A model generated the notes under the pieces. It saw nothing but the letters and a program-made list of their open reading frames with translations, did not search any database and had not been told where the DNA came from. The position numbers and the translations under genes are program-made. A stretch of 64,000 bases of DNA from Paramoeba atlantica. Its lineage: Eukaryota; Protista; Discosea. The stretch covers positions 124,001 to 188,000 of the forward strand of contig CDRNVI010000011.1 in NCBI GenBank assembly GCA_977017575.1, read 5' to 3'. Below, piece by piece: positions 1 through 10,821 of the stretch (position 1 is the first letter of the stretch; the number at the start of each line of letters is the position of its first letter).

Positions 1-210
1 GGTAACGGTATGTATGAAAAAGTGACCCCAATAGCCACCAAGACCAACCCTTGTACAAATCTGCAATCATCTGTACATCATCTGTAAATATTGTAACAAC
101 AACAAAATCCTATCAAATTAACATCATCCGTTAATTCTATTTCACGTCTCTCTTTCTCGAATCATCTGTTTCACCACCCTTCTTCCCTACCCCAATCCCT
201 TCTTTGATCC

Positions 211-1167
211 ATGAAATTCCTCTATTTTCACCTCCAACGCATCACCACCCCCTCCCCCACCACCTCCTCCTCCCTTTCCCCCACCCTCCACCTCCACCCC
301 CTCCGTCTCATCGCTGCTCTTACCTCATCCCCACCGGCTTCCTCCCCGATCTCCCCACCCTCTATCTCCCCACCGTTATACTTCCCGATCTCCCCACCAC
401 CTATCTACCCGATCTCTCAACCCCTTACCTCCCCAATCTCTCAACCCCTTACCTCCCAACCCTCTATCTCCCCACCCTTACACTCCCCCATCTCCCAACC
501 CCCTACCCCCTCTATCCCCCACCCTCTGCAAACAGCCTCCCCTCCCTCCCCTCCCTTCCACTCCCCGATCTCCCACCCCCCATCCCCTACCCCCCCTATC
601 CCCCACTACCCTCTGCGAACAGCCCCCCCTATCCCCCCCTCCCCCGGGGACTGGCTCTGTCCCTCCTGCCACACCGTCTCCCCGCTGCTCTCCCCCCGCT
701 GTCTCCGCTGCACCGCCCCCCTCCCCCCCGCCGCCCCGCGCTTCCCCCATCCGCGTAACCGCCCCTGGACCCCCGGCGACACGGCCCGGGCACGTGCCAG
801 GGGGTGGCGCTGTGCGTGTGGGGTAAGGCAGCAGGGGAGCACAGGGGTGTGTGGGCGGTGTGGGAGGGAGAGGGAGCAGCAGGAGGGGGGAGGGGGAGGG
901 GGAGGGGGGAGGGGAGAGGGGGGTGGGGAGAGGGACTGGAGATGTGGGCGGTGTTGGGAAATGAATGGGGGACACCGGGGACGGTGTTTTCGGTGTTATG
1001 AGAGGAGGGTGAGGGGGACGGGGAGGGGGAGGGGGAGGGGAGGAACGGGGAGGATGTGGAGGTGTGGGGGGTGTTTGTGGAGGAATGTGTGGTGGAGACG
1101 GAGTTGTATGGAGTGTCATGAGCGGCGGTTGGGTGAAAAAATGGAGCATGGCGAAAAGTGTGTATAG
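211..1167 (+). CDS. Pro/Ser-rich protein with four RanBP2-type (W-x-C-x2-C...C-x2-C) zinc fingers
   Basis: Motifs GDWLCPSC..RCLRC, WRCAC..CGRC, DWRCGRC..RCFRC and MWRCGGC..SCMEC in a 318-aa ORF. The N-terminal half is low complexity and the start is uncertain. Confidence 0.7.
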   Translation: MKFLYFHLQRITTPSPTTSSSLSPTLHLHPLRLIAALTSSPPASSPISPPSISPPLYFPISPPPIYPISQPLTSPISQPLTSQPSISPPLHSPISQPPTPSIPHPLQTASPPSPPFHSPISHPPSPTPPIPHYPLRTAPPIPPSPGDWLCPSCHTVSPLLSPRCLRCTAPLPPAAPRFPHPRNRPWTPGDTARARARGWRCACGVRQQGSTGVCGRCGREREQQEGGGGGGGGRGEGGGERDWRCGRCWEMNGGHRGRCFRCYERRVRGTGRGRGRGGTGRMWRCGGCLWRNVWWRRSCMECHERRLGEKMEHGEKCV

Positions 1168-1333
1168 GGACGGTTTTGTGTAAGATTTTCTGTACTTCAG
1201 GTCTTTTTCTTTGGGGACATGCAAGGGAGACTGCTCGATAGTGTGAGAACGTCTACTCAGAATTTGGATTAATATTCACATTTTCATTGATATATCATTC
1301 TTTTATCTACGTGCTCTATTCTATTCTAGTGAG

Positions 1334-2023
1334 ATGAGAAAACATGGAATACGAACACCTAGGGTACAAACACAGCATGCGAACGGTAAGTACCCAGGAT
1401 TGCGTCATGTTTCCATTTGTTCGGCTTTAAACCGCTTATTGGAACAGAAGTACAGTGAGAAATGCGTCCTGGGATACAGCCCGATGCAAGTATATAATGT
1501 GGTTGCGGACGTTGGACGTTACCCTGCGTTTCTTCCCTGGTGCAACGCGGCAACAATTCATGAAACCAATGAGCGTCGTATGACTGCGGATCTTCAGGTA
1601 GGTTTTCTTTTTCTCCGAGAGGCATATTCAAGTGAAGTGCTGTTGAATTACCCTAACAGAATTAATGCACAACTCAATGGAAAAAGCACTATCCTGAAAG
1701 GTCTTACCTGCGACTGGGGTTTTAGAGAACCTCCTCTCGATCTGTTACCTCATCAGTATCACAGGCACCGAGCTTGTCCAGATACGTCCAGCTCTGCGCA
1801 ACTGACACAGCGCACTGAAGCTAAGGGACAACGAGATCAGCTTGCTAAAAAAGCTTCTCTCGTCACTTTCGATGTCAGCTTTCAGTTTTCCAATCCTATT
1901 CATTCCAACTTGTCAAAACTGTTTCTCTCTCAAGTAGTACAGAAAATGACAAAAAGTTTTGAGGGTCGTTGCGAGACACTTTATGGTCCTGCGGCCTGCG
2001 AAAAGATATTGCTTTCAAGCTAG
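1334..2023 (+). CDS. COQ10: Coenzyme Q-binding protein COQ10 (START/polyketide cyclase fold)
   Basis: YSEKCVLGYSPMQVYNVVADVGRYPAFLPWC and VTFDVSFQFSNPIHS..VVQKMTKSFEGRC match the COQ10 pattern. Confidence 0.85.
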   Translation: MRKHGIRTPRVQTQHANGKYPGLRHVSICSALNRLLEQKYSEKCVLGYSPMQVYNVVADVGRYPAFLPWCNAATIHETNERRMTADLQVGFLFLREAYSSEVLLNYPNRINAQLNGKSTILKGLTCDWGFREPPLDLLPHQYHRHRACPDTSSSAQLTQRTEAKGQRDQLAKKASLVTFDVSFQFSNPIHSNLSKLFLSQVVQKMTKSFEGRCETLYGPAACEKILLSS

Positions 2024-2188
2024 CCTTCACTATATTTTCCATCCAACATTACCTATTCGAATTTTCTTCTCCTCTTGGATATATTGTATTGATGTTCTTA
2101 ATTTTGCGCTTCTTCACTTCTTACCGTTCTCTTTTTTCTTTTGCTCGTTTTCTGCTAATTTCAACCCAGTATTTGTAATTTATCAAAC

Positions 2189-2833
2189 ATGGACATTGAC
2201 ACTACCGTAAAAATAATGGCCACCACTGAAGGCCGGGACAAGGTCTATAAGGCCGTCCAAAACTTGGCTCGTTTTCTCGAATGGTCGGGTAGCCGCTCCG
2301 GAGATTTCTCCTCCGCAAAGAAGTACGGTGTTCTCGCCAAATCCATGGGTGACGGGAGAAGCCTCATGCGTTTGGGTAAATGGATTCAAAATCTGCGCAA
2401 AATGCGTGAAATCTCGGCCTCTGGCGCTGCATTCGACACCGTTGATGGGTTGGTAGAGTACGGACGAGTGAGCGCAGACTTTGGTTTCGTCGTTGGAGAT
2501 AACATCTCGTACCTCGCAAAGTACAACATTCTCAGTAATGTGAGTAGCCAGTGGGTGTCGCGCCGAGCCAAGGTATCGCAGTTCTGGGCCTTCCTTTTTG
2601 CGTGTATTTTGGACATTTTGAAGTTGATCCGAGCATACAAAGCGGAAAAGGTGATGAAAGACTTGATTATCAACTTTGTGCGCAACTTTGCTGATCTGTT
2701 GGCTACGCTGGATGCTACCGGCTATGCATCCTGCGTCTACAAGCCTTGCGTTGGGTTTACTTCCATGTGCGGCCTGCTATCCGGCAGTATTGCTACTTAT
2801 CAAAATGTAATCAAGGCATCAGCCAAACACTAG
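2189..2833 (+). CDS. PEX11: Peroxisomal/glycosomal membrane protein PEX11
   Basis: N-terminal TEGRDKVYKAVQNLARFL and GRSLMRLGKW, with a hydrophobic C-terminus; 214 aa. Confidence 0.85.
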   Translation: MDIDTTVKIMATTEGRDKVYKAVQNLARFLEWSGSRSGDFSSAKKYGVLAKSMGDGRSLMRLGKWIQNLRKMREISASGAAFDTVDGLVEYGRVSADFGFVVGDNISYLAKYNILSNVSSQWVSRRAKVSQFWAFLFACILDILKLIRAYKAEKVMKDLIINFVRNFADLLATLDATGYASCVYKPCVGFTSMCGLLSGSIATYQNVIKASAKH

Positions 2834-3430
2834 CAAGACGCAACGGTGTTGAGCAAGCATACTTGTTGGTTTTAGTATATTCATGTTTTCACTGAAAACT
2901 ACCATGGCGTACACGTTTTTATTTCTTTGTTTTATTTGCTTTTTGTATGCTCTCTTATGGGCGAATTTTACATTGTGTTGGGCCGAAAAATGTATGACTA
3001 AACTTTGCCGCTTCACTTCATATGACGGACGGTCTCTACGTAAAATTGCCGAAGCATTATGTTGCTTACGATAATATAGTAAGTAGCAATTAACTGGAGT
3101 TGTACACACCACGTAATTATACGTGATATACATGCGTTTCGAATCTGTGCTACAAACATAGAAGCTTTTCAAATTTCAAAACTACTGTGTGGCTGAGTAT
3201 TTTTATAAAAATAGCCTGGGTACACACTTTGTATTCAGTAGTACTTATCTTACGCTCGCTTGAAATGAGTCTACTGAAGTGGACAGGAATATACATTATA
3301 GAGTATGTAGTTCCTGTACGTTCTACGTAGTATGAATGTCTTTACATCCGATATCATTTCTCTGTAAAGTTAGCTAATTTCGCGGTACCACAGTATTATA
3401 GTGTATTAATCAGATGCCAAAAACCTGAAA

Positions 3431-5203
3431 ATGGGTTCCTCAAAACTAAGATGGTCTCCTTTTATTCAACTAGTGCGACAGCGGGCGAAACACGCAGAAC
3501 TGCTCAAGCGGGGATTATTGATGCGTTGGAATTCTCCCACAAAAAGTTTGAAAAGTTCTCCTAATGACTTGCTTGCAAGTTCGCGCATCCACCTCCAAAA
3601 ACAGTTTCGAGATGCCACTCTTGCAATGAAACATGCACCAAACAGGGAGCTGGGAAACCCTATAGAATGGTCTAAAATGGTTTCTTTGTTGCAAAGAATC
3701 GCTCCCTTCACTCTTGATAACAAGATGCAGCTCTATAGCAGCAGTTCACAGGCGTTTTCATGCATGTGGAAAGCAGTGGACGATGCGCAAAAGTCGATTC
3801 AATGGGTAACGTACATTTGTAAAGATGATTTCATCGGACGCGAAACCATACGCCGTCTAGTTGTTGCAGCTCACCGTGGTGTGCGAGTTGTATTTCTATA
3901 TGATGACGGGGGAAACATTAGTGGTCGTACAGCACTAGTGCAAGAATTATCGAATTGTAAAAACGCACGAGTTATAAAATTTAACCCTGTCTTTCATCGA
4001 ATTCTTAGGTACTCACTAAGCGCAGGCGCATATTTCGGTCGCAGTACACAGCCTTGGCGGCTCTCTCCACTCATACGTAATCATCGTAAAATTCTTCTTG
4101 TTGACGACAAAGTGGCGTACGTCGGAGGTTTGAACATCGGAAATGAATACGCAGGCACCTCTATTGGAGGTACCGGGGCCTTTCGAGACACCATGTGTCG
4201 ATTGCAGGGTGGAATTGTGAATTCTCTCCATGACGTGGTTCATGACACGCTAAACGCAGAACGCAACGGCTCTTTTCGCAAGATGGCTCAAAAGCTCCTA
4301 ATGCGTCGTAAGAAATTCTTAGCTCGACTTTCGCGATTTCGTAGTGCTGCAAGAAATCCTTTATTTAACTTTAAGCTTCGAGGAAGAAATATTAGAAAAA
4401 AGCCTGTGGAGAAACGGCAGCGTCCATCATTACTTGCACAAGTATTGTATTCCAACACGTGGAGTCGGACCTACAAAATTCAAAAAGCTTATGAATTTAT
4501 TCTGTATCGCGCACAGCATCGTGTTTGGATCACAACTCCGTACCTTTTACCGACCCGAAGGCTACTGAAATGTATTCTCGGGGCCGCTCGACGGGGCGTA
4601 GACGTAAGGGTAATGACAGGCTCACTTCGGAGTACCGATCCTTGGCTAATGTGGTGGGGTGCACAATATATTGTGCACAGACTGCTGTCTCATAACGTAA
4701 GCATTTATGAATATGACACAGCTTTTTCAACACAAACTACAGAGCTAACGAATATGAATACTAATGTTTCGCATAAGGAATCCTATTGGATTGCAAAGTT
4801 CTTTAATTGGCTGACCGAATACTGGGTACAGATAAGGAACAACTCAGCTACAGGTGTATCCGACTCTCCACCGACACATGACCGCCCCCCTCATATATTA
4901 CACAGCAAAACGGTAGTAGTTGACGGCGTGTGGTCAGCCGTCGGGTCATACAACTGGGACTCGTTGTCGAACAAACTTCTAGAAGTATCCGTTGCGACGG
5001 TGGATTACCCGACAGCCCGCACTCTTGAAGAACATTTTGAGAAAGACATGAAACATTGTAGACAACTTACGCAGGACCTTTATCTGCAACGACCATGGTG
5101 GATACGACTCTTTTGCTACATAATATACCGATGTGGGCGATGGACGGAAAATATATGGTTTCGATCATTTTCACATCACGAGGTAGAGACTCATTTGGAT
5201 TAG
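3431..5203 (+). CDS. Phospholipase D-superfamily enzyme, bacterial-type cardiolipin synthase-like
   Basis: Two HKD motifs (NHRKILLVDDKVAYVGGLNI; LHSKTVVVDGVWSAVGSYNWD), plus ITTPY and AARRGVDVRV segments. Confidence 0.85.
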   Translation: MGSSKLRWSPFIQLVRQRAKHAELLKRGLLMRWNSPTKSLKSSPNDLLASSRIHLQKQFRDATLAMKHAPNRELGNPIEWSKMVSLLQRIAPFTLDNKMQLYSSSSQAFSCMWKAVDDAQKSIQWVTYICKDDFIGRETIRRLVVAAHRGVRVVFLYDDGGNISGRTALVQELSNCKNARVIKFNPVFHRILRYSLSAGAYFGRSTQPWRLSPLIRNHRKILLVDDKVAYVGGLNIGNEYAGTSIGGTGAFRDTMCRLQGGIVNSLHDVVHDTLNAERNGSFRKMAQKLLMRRKKFLARLSRFRSAARNPLFNFKLRGRNIRKKPVEKRQRPSLLAQVLYSNTWSRTYKIQKAYEFILYRAQHRVWITTPYLLPTRRLLKCILGAARRGVDVRVMTGSLRSTDPWLMWWGAQYIVHRLLSHNVSIYEYDTAFSTQTTELTNMNTNVSHKESYWIAKFFNWLTEYWVQIRNNSATGVSDSPPTHDRPPHILHSKTVVVDGVWSAVGSYNWDSLSNKLLEVSVATVDYPTARTLEEHFEKDMKHCRQLTQDLYLQRPWWIRLFCYIIYRCGRWTENIWFRSFSHHEVETHLD

Positions 5204-5527
5204 AGGTTCTAGATTTCGCCATGATTGGAATCAACAGGTTTGGAATGTAAATTTTTCATTGGAATGCCTCATTTCAAATGAGGCTGCCAAAATATCTTGT
5301 AGAGTATAAGTACCCAAGTATCAGAATGTTATAAAACATTTCAAAAACTGAAAAATTAGCAATCCTCACTATTACTAAAATCTTGAGATCGTTTCTTTGG
5401 GTCTACTTCAATTACAGATTTTGCTATTAAAAATGTGTATGTATGTTTGTTTGTCTCCTGCAGTTCGCTTTATTTCATACAAACGTCGGTGCACGGTGTC
5501 AATGCTATAATATGTTAATGAATAACC

Positions 5528-6904
5528 ATGCGAGGTAACAGGAGCAACATAGTTTCCTCACGCGTTCAGAAGGGCTCAAAGTTTCGTTCCAATAGACCGG
5601 GGTGGGGTTCCTTTGAGTCTGTTGAGCTTCCAACGATCGAGCGCACGAATGAGGGCTGTTATGACCGTTCTGGAGTACCAGACAACGCTCACTCACACTC
5701 CACATTGCAGCAGTATGCCGAATATTATCGTAAAAAAGCTAGCCAATGGCCAGCGTCTCCGGCTTATGGTGACTCCTCACAAACAGGTAAACCCGGAGGA
5801 CCGGCTATAGAACTAACAAAGAAAAGTACGATGACCATTCCCAGTAATAAAACCGAGGAAACATACTTCAATTCTAATCGCTGGGTAATCCACGAACAAA
5901 GTCCATTTTACAAACGATTTCTCGACAAGACGTTAAGTACGCGCACACCTAGGATCAATTCTCTTGGCTCTGTAACCACCTCGAATTCGTCGTCTGTTTC
6001 CACTCGCAAGGTCTCGAGTAAAGTTAACTACGCATGGAATACGTGGGCTCCTCTTCCCCGCAACCGCATGAGGAGTGTCGATTTAAAGAAAAGTTCAACC
6101 CACGCAGAGTATCATAGTCATGAGGGCATATATGCAGATGAGTTCAACGGATTTATGCGGGACTCGCACAAGGGTATGGCACAATTTCCTGTTTCACTGT
6201 ATACCACGCAACGACTTGAACCAGAAGGAATGCATCAGATTCGCAATTTTTTAACTCCGGCGGAGGAGAGAGACATCTTGGCAGAGATTATGTCAACCAC
6301 ACTCCATCGGGATCGACAGTCCCCCACCCGTTATGTTTCCTCCGAAGGTCGGTACTGCACGAACTACTTTGATGAAGAACTCAGCGTTCCTAATCGTTGT
6401 GTTCTAGCGTGGGGTACGGCGAGGCTCCCATTACTTGGGCGAGTGCTTCTCAGGGCCTACCGACTCGGTCTTCTTCCATCCATGCCAAACACTTTTCAAA
6501 TCAATGAGTACGTTACCCCTTATTCTGGTTATGCATGGCATCGGAAGCACCCTTCACTGGGTCCCTACATTGGGATCTTAAGCTTGATTAGCGCGCAGAT
6601 ACTACGCCTCTCTCATCACTCGGAGTTATGGTACCCTCGGGTGTACTTAGAACCACGGGGACTTTGCGTGCTACAAGGCAGTGCGCGGTATGATTATTTA
6701 ATGAGCACGAGCCCTATAGGACAAGGGGCACATGGCAAGGCTCACAATGATCCTTCGGTAACGCGTATCAACTTTACACGACATACAAAAGACTATCGCG
6801 TTGAAGTGATGTTTGCCTCCGTCGACAGCAAAAATCTTCCGGCGCTGGATATCGCCCAAAAAATCACAGACTACAGTCGACAAAAGAAGCTTCTACCTGA
6901 ATAG
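5528..6904 (+). CDS. AlkB-like 2OG-Fe(II) oxygenase-fold protein, metal ligands apparently degenerate
   Basis: HQIRNFLTPAEE, PNTFQINEY, LEPRGLCVLQGSARYDY and RVEVMF follow the ALKBH pattern. The HxD motif reads HRK. Confidence 0.65.
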   Translation: MRGNRSNIVSSRVQKGSKFRSNRPGWGSFESVELPTIERTNEGCYDRSGVPDNAHSHSTLQQYAEYYRKKASQWPASPAYGDSSQTGKPGGPAIELTKKSTMTIPSNKTEETYFNSNRWVIHEQSPFYKRFLDKTLSTRTPRINSLGSVTTSNSSSVSTRKVSSKVNYAWNTWAPLPRNRMRSVDLKKSSTHAEYHSHEGIYADEFNGFMRDSHKGMAQFPVSLYTTQRLEPEGMHQIRNFLTPAEERDILAEIMSTTLHRDRQSPTRYVSSEGRYCTNYFDEELSVPNRCVLAWGTARLPLLGRVLLRAYRLGLLPSMPNTFQINEYVTPYSGYAWHRKHPSLGPYIGILSLISAQILRLSHHSELWYPRVYLEPRGLCVLQGSARYDYLMSTSPIGQGAHGKAHNDPSVTRINFTRHTKDYRVEVMFASVDSKNLPALDIAQKITDYSRQKKLLPE

Positions 6905-7085
6905 AACAAGACCAGTCCTGTGTTGTCGTACCATAATTCTTCTTATAAAACGTTTCTCTGTCTACATTACACATTCTTTCATCTTTATAATCCTTATGAT
7001 CTTTCATTTTAGTTTTCATTTTCTTAAAACAACTACACTTTACAATGACTATCGTTAAACATCTTAAGTTCGTCAAATTTTACTC

Positions 7086-8921
7086 ATGAAAAAATCACCA
7101 TCCAGGGAACGGTCAAAACCGAAAACGCCTCACCTAAAACCATCTTCCTCACGATCCAGCCCCTCCCGGGCCGGACTCAACATAAACTCCACACAACCTC
7201 GAGCCTCCGATTCTCGAAAACTCTCGCCCGAGAAACGCTCCGTGGCTCAACGCGTGCTCACCCGCGTGACCACCATGACAGAGGATGTACGGGAGGCGGT
7301 GCAACACGGCCTACAGCGCAGTCGCAGGGCTTCTTGGAATTCATTGTCTTCCTCTTCTGGTGCTGCTGCTGCAGATAAGCGACTCGCCCCCGGGTCTCGA
7401 CGCTCCATGACCAGTCGACCCGGAAACGCTGGGCGAAGATCTCATCCCGTTTCCTCCTCGCTCTCCCTCTCTAGTTTCCCGATCGGAACCCCTCGAAGTG
7501 GCCGGCCTTTGACCGAGAGTGTCTTTGACCCACGGCTTCATGTTGCGGTGGGGAAGGGATTATTCGCGGAGGTGGAGGGTTTGCTGTCGGGGAAACTCGC
7601 TTCTCTGGATGTCAACCAGTCGGACTATGAGTCGCGCACCCCGTTGCACGTGGCCGTTAGCCATGGTAACCTTCCCATGGTCGAACTCCTTGTGAGCCGA
7701 GGAGCGGATGTGAATTACCCCGACACGCGAAACCGGACGCCGTTGTTAGAGTGCTCGAAGACTGAGATTCAAGACTTTTTGAAACGACACGGTGCGGTGG
7801 ATTCTTTAAAATTCTTCGCGAAGCGTGCCAAAGAGAGTGAACAGTCCAGAAGCATGGAGTCCACCGATGTGATTAACAGCACGTTTATTCGGAAAATGGT
7901 TATTAGTGTGCTGTGCCCGATTCTTGTCCTTCTGTGGATGTCCGGGTGGCGTTTTGCGGTAAATTTCCTTGCTATCACTATTGCGTACTATTTCCTTATT
8001 GTGTCGTATTTTGTCTCCGAGGTCTCGATTCGTCCTCCATGGTACCGCCCCAACGCGAGTAAGCTTACCATGGCCGCACTCCCGGAGTACTGGCAGGGTA
8101 TTGTGAACGACCCAAAGTATGATCTTGGGTTGGACTACGAGGAGGTTACGCTGCATACTGCTGATCAATACACTCTTTCCGGGTGGTACGTCGCGGCCTC
8201 CCAGGACAGCAGTTCTCGATCTACTGGGGTGATCCTGGTCCATGGAGGGGGACGCGACCGTCGGGCGTTTCTTCGTCACGTGCGTATGTTCCATGCCGAG
8301 GGGTTTGAAGTGTTGCTGTTTGATTTTCGCGAACATGGCATGAGTCAGGGCACGGGGAAAGGGTTTACCTACGGGGTAAAGGAGAGGTATGACGTGTGTA
8401 CGGCCGCGCGGTATTTGAGGGAGCGCTGTGGTTTGCGCACGCTGGTGGCGATTGGTACCTCGGTAGGGGGTAGCGCGTGTATTATGGCTGCCGCGGTTGA
8501 TTCCAACATTGATATCGTGATTGCGGAAAACCCGATTACCACGGTGGGATATCTGCAACAACGTCATATTAATCATATTATGGGAGGCTATATGACCCAT
8601 ACATGGCTGTCCCAGTTTTTCTTTACGATTTTTCATAGATTATGTCGGCTTTGGCTGAATTATCGGGTCGGAAATGTGCCCTCGAAGAAGTGTCAGGCGC
8701 TACACACTATTTCCAGAATTGCACCGCGTCCTATTTTTTTAATGCATGGGACGGCAGACGAGGTTGTTCCTGTAGAACACTCACAAACGCTCTTCGATCT
8801 GGCTCACGAGCCGAAGGAGCTATGGGTGGCCCCTGATGGGTTTCACTGCGGATTATACGATATGTTTCCTAAGGAATTTAGGGAGCGAGTTGTTAACTTC
8901 ATTCGTAGGCATGAAAAGTAA
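7086..8921 (+). CDS. Ankyrin-repeat + transmembrane + alpha/beta-hydrolase fusion protein
   Basis: Ankyrin repeat RTPLHVAVSHGNLPMVELLVSRGADVN, then hydrophobic segments, then VHGGG, GTSVGG (nucleophile), HGTADEVVP and GFHCG. Confidence 0.85.
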   Translation: MKKSPSRERSKPKTPHLKPSSSRSSPSRAGLNINSTQPRASDSRKLSPEKRSVAQRVLTRVTTMTEDVREAVQHGLQRSRRASWNSLSSSSGAAAADKRLAPGSRRSMTSRPGNAGRRSHPVSSSLSLSSFPIGTPRSGRPLTESVFDPRLHVAVGKGLFAEVEGLLSGKLASLDVNQSDYESRTPLHVAVSHGNLPMVELLVSRGADVNYPDTRNRTPLLECSKTEIQDFLKRHGAVDSLKFFAKRAKESEQSRSMESTDVINSTFIRKMVISVLCPILVLLWMSGWRFAVNFLAITIAYYFLIVSYFVSEVSIRPPWYRPNASKLTMAALPEYWQGIVNDPKYDLGLDYEEVTLHTADQYTLSGWYVAASQDSSSRSTGVILVHGGGRDRRAFLRHVRMFHAEGFEVLLFDFREHGMSQGTGKGFTYGVKERYDVCTAARYLRERCGLRTLVAIGTSVGGSACIMAAAVDSNIDIVIAENPITTVGYLQQRHINHIMGGYMTHTWLSQFFFTIFHRLCRLWLNYRVGNVPSKKCQALHTISRIAPRPIFLMHGTADEVVPVEHSQTLFDLAHEPKELWVAPDGFHCGLYDMFPKEFRERVVNFIRRHEK

Positions 8922-9236
8922 AATATAACAAGAACTCGATACCCTATATTTTCAGAGTGATATATTAATAAAACATGATATTGCTCAACGAAATCAGGCA
9001 TTGCATTATACCTTAGACGGAGAACTGCTTCGAAGCAAAATAAGATGCTTGCTTTTCACGTGAAACATTTTCTACCGACTCTTGTACGCGTCTTATCTTT
9101 TAAGTGAAGAACCGCCTCATTTGATTTTACTTTGGGAGCTTTCCTTTTCTCTGATACGTCACCCCACAAAAGTTATATTCCCACGTAACATGATCTTATA
9201 GTCTAAATCTCGTCATTCCTATTTTTTACATATGAA

Positions 9237-9698
9237 ATGGTATTCTATGCATATGCCCTAGTGATGCGTTTGCGGAATCATTCCATGACATCCGACTACC
9301 TAAGGTCTCTGGGCGCCTTTATCTATAACAATGAGGGTTGCATACGTAGTTTGACGAATGAAGGCATCATGCAGCCTCTTAAGCCTTTCATTGACTCCAA
9401 TAACGAACCACAGACCTATGCGAGGTATATTACTATGCAGATAGATTTAGGAGAAGAAGCCAACAAGAAACTTAAGAAAGTGATTCAAGATCATGCTGAC
9501 ATTTTCACGTACACATGCAGAAGCCCGGAGGCGTATCACAATTTATCCAAAACAGAGACGTTTATACTAGACAACTTCGCCAAGGCAGAAGAGGAGTTAA
9601 ATTGGCCTCCGCAAGCTACTGCTGATGTTCTTGAGGTGATGGATAAAAATTGGAAGGAATTTTCACGCACCCGTTGGTCCTCGTATTTGAGAAAATAG
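9237..9698 (+). CDS. Probable mitochondrial ribosomal protein bS6m (kinetoplastid type)
   Basis: N-terminus YAYALVMR..GAFIYNNEGCIRSLTNEG resembles the S6 fold pattern. Recognised by eye only. Confidence 0.55.
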   Translation: MVFYAYALVMRLRNHSMTSDYLRSLGAFIYNNEGCIRSLTNEGIMQPLKPFIDSNNEPQTYARYITMQIDLGEEANKKLKKVIQDHADIFTYTCRSPEAYHNLSKTETFILDNFAKAEEELNWPPQATADVLEVMDKNWKEFSRTRWSSYLRK

Positions 9699-9751
9699 TT
9701 TGCCTCTCCAACGTTAAACGAAACCACTTTGTACTAGATCTTTTATCATGA

Positions 9752-10468
9752 ATGAAATGCTTTGCAAAAAGAGGGCAATTCCATTGCATAATATTTACTT
9801 GGGAATGCTCTATTTTCGTCATAGTTTTTACTTTCTGTATGCCTACTTCAATGAAGAATAATCAGGATGCTTCTTATTTTTTGGATGAAGCTAAAAGGAA
9901 CGCAGAGATTGAAACCTGGCCGGAAAATAGCACAAAGGAGATACTCACGGCGACGAAACTTCAAACTCTTCAATCGAAATTAAACATTATTACGAAACGT
10001 TATGAAGACGGAGCATGTCATACGCGCTCAAAATTTGTGATGATTACAGAATATGCAAATTCATTCATCTCTCTAGAAAACGAGTTCCTTGAGTTACTCT
10101 CTGAAATAATATTTGGTGGCTATCAAAGCTTTGTTGAGGTTCTCAGAAGATTGGAAGACAAAAAAAACAGGATTCTAGTACTGAGAGGAAAACTGAAATA
10201 TTTGATGCATTACTTTTCGTCGGCAGTTTATTCTGTTAGGCATGAAAATCTTGATAATTCACATGCTTTCGTTGACTCTTTTACTGTACTGCAACCCCTA
10301 GAAAATGCTCGGATTCGTACTCGGAATGTCATCGATCAATATGTTCTAGAAACTGAGAAAATAAGGGAGGCCTACCGCATCCGAATAAATCTGCTGAGCG
10401 AAAAGCTATACGAAAAAAGAAAGTTATTACAAAAAACTAGTTACAGCTCTGCCATACATACTATGTAG
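9752..10468 (+). CDS. Hypothetical helical/coiled-coil protein
   Basis: 238-aa ORF on the coding strand in a gene-sized slot; the true start may be ATG 9838. No motif recognised. Confidence 0.55.
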   Translation: MKCFAKRGQFHCIIFTWECSIFVIVFTFCMPTSMKNNQDASYFLDEAKRNAEIETWPENSTKEILTATKLQTLQSKLNIITKRYEDGACHTRSKFVMITEYANSFISLENEFLELLSEIIFGGYQSFVEVLRRLEDKKNRILVLRGKLKYLMHYFSSAVYSVRHENLDNSHAFVDSFTVLQPLENARIRTRNVIDQYVLETEKIREAYRIRINLLSEKLYEKRKLLQKTSYSSAIHTM

Positions 10469-10821
10469 TGTACTAAGTGTATGACTTGGAAACCAAACGT
10501 GTGTTTCCTTCGTACGGAAAATATCGGATAAAACTTACGGATACCGATAATTCAATGTCCATATTCTTTACATAGAAAAAGGATTTCAATATTAATTTTT
10601 TAGACCTGGAACGTTGAACGATACGAGGACACTTTGCGGGGATGCATGAGCTGGTTTCGCTTATTTGTACTTGCCGAAATTATTTTTACCTCACTCCTTT
10701 TACTTGCTTAAAAACAGTTGGGTGGAAGCGAACGAAAATCTGCCTAAAAACGTCGTTTCCCAAAAAGAAAACTACTTTTCCCAAAAGGTGGTGACAGTAC
10801 CTTTTCATATTTACAGCCCAG

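Noticed and set aside
204-1224. Long overlapping ORFs 204-758(+) and 478-1224(-)
   Set aside because: By-products of C/G-skewed low-complexity DNA that lacks stop codons; no motifs.
2883-3074. 63-aa hydrophobic Cys-rich ORF on the coding strand
   Set aside because: Too short and AT-rich to support without homology or expression data.
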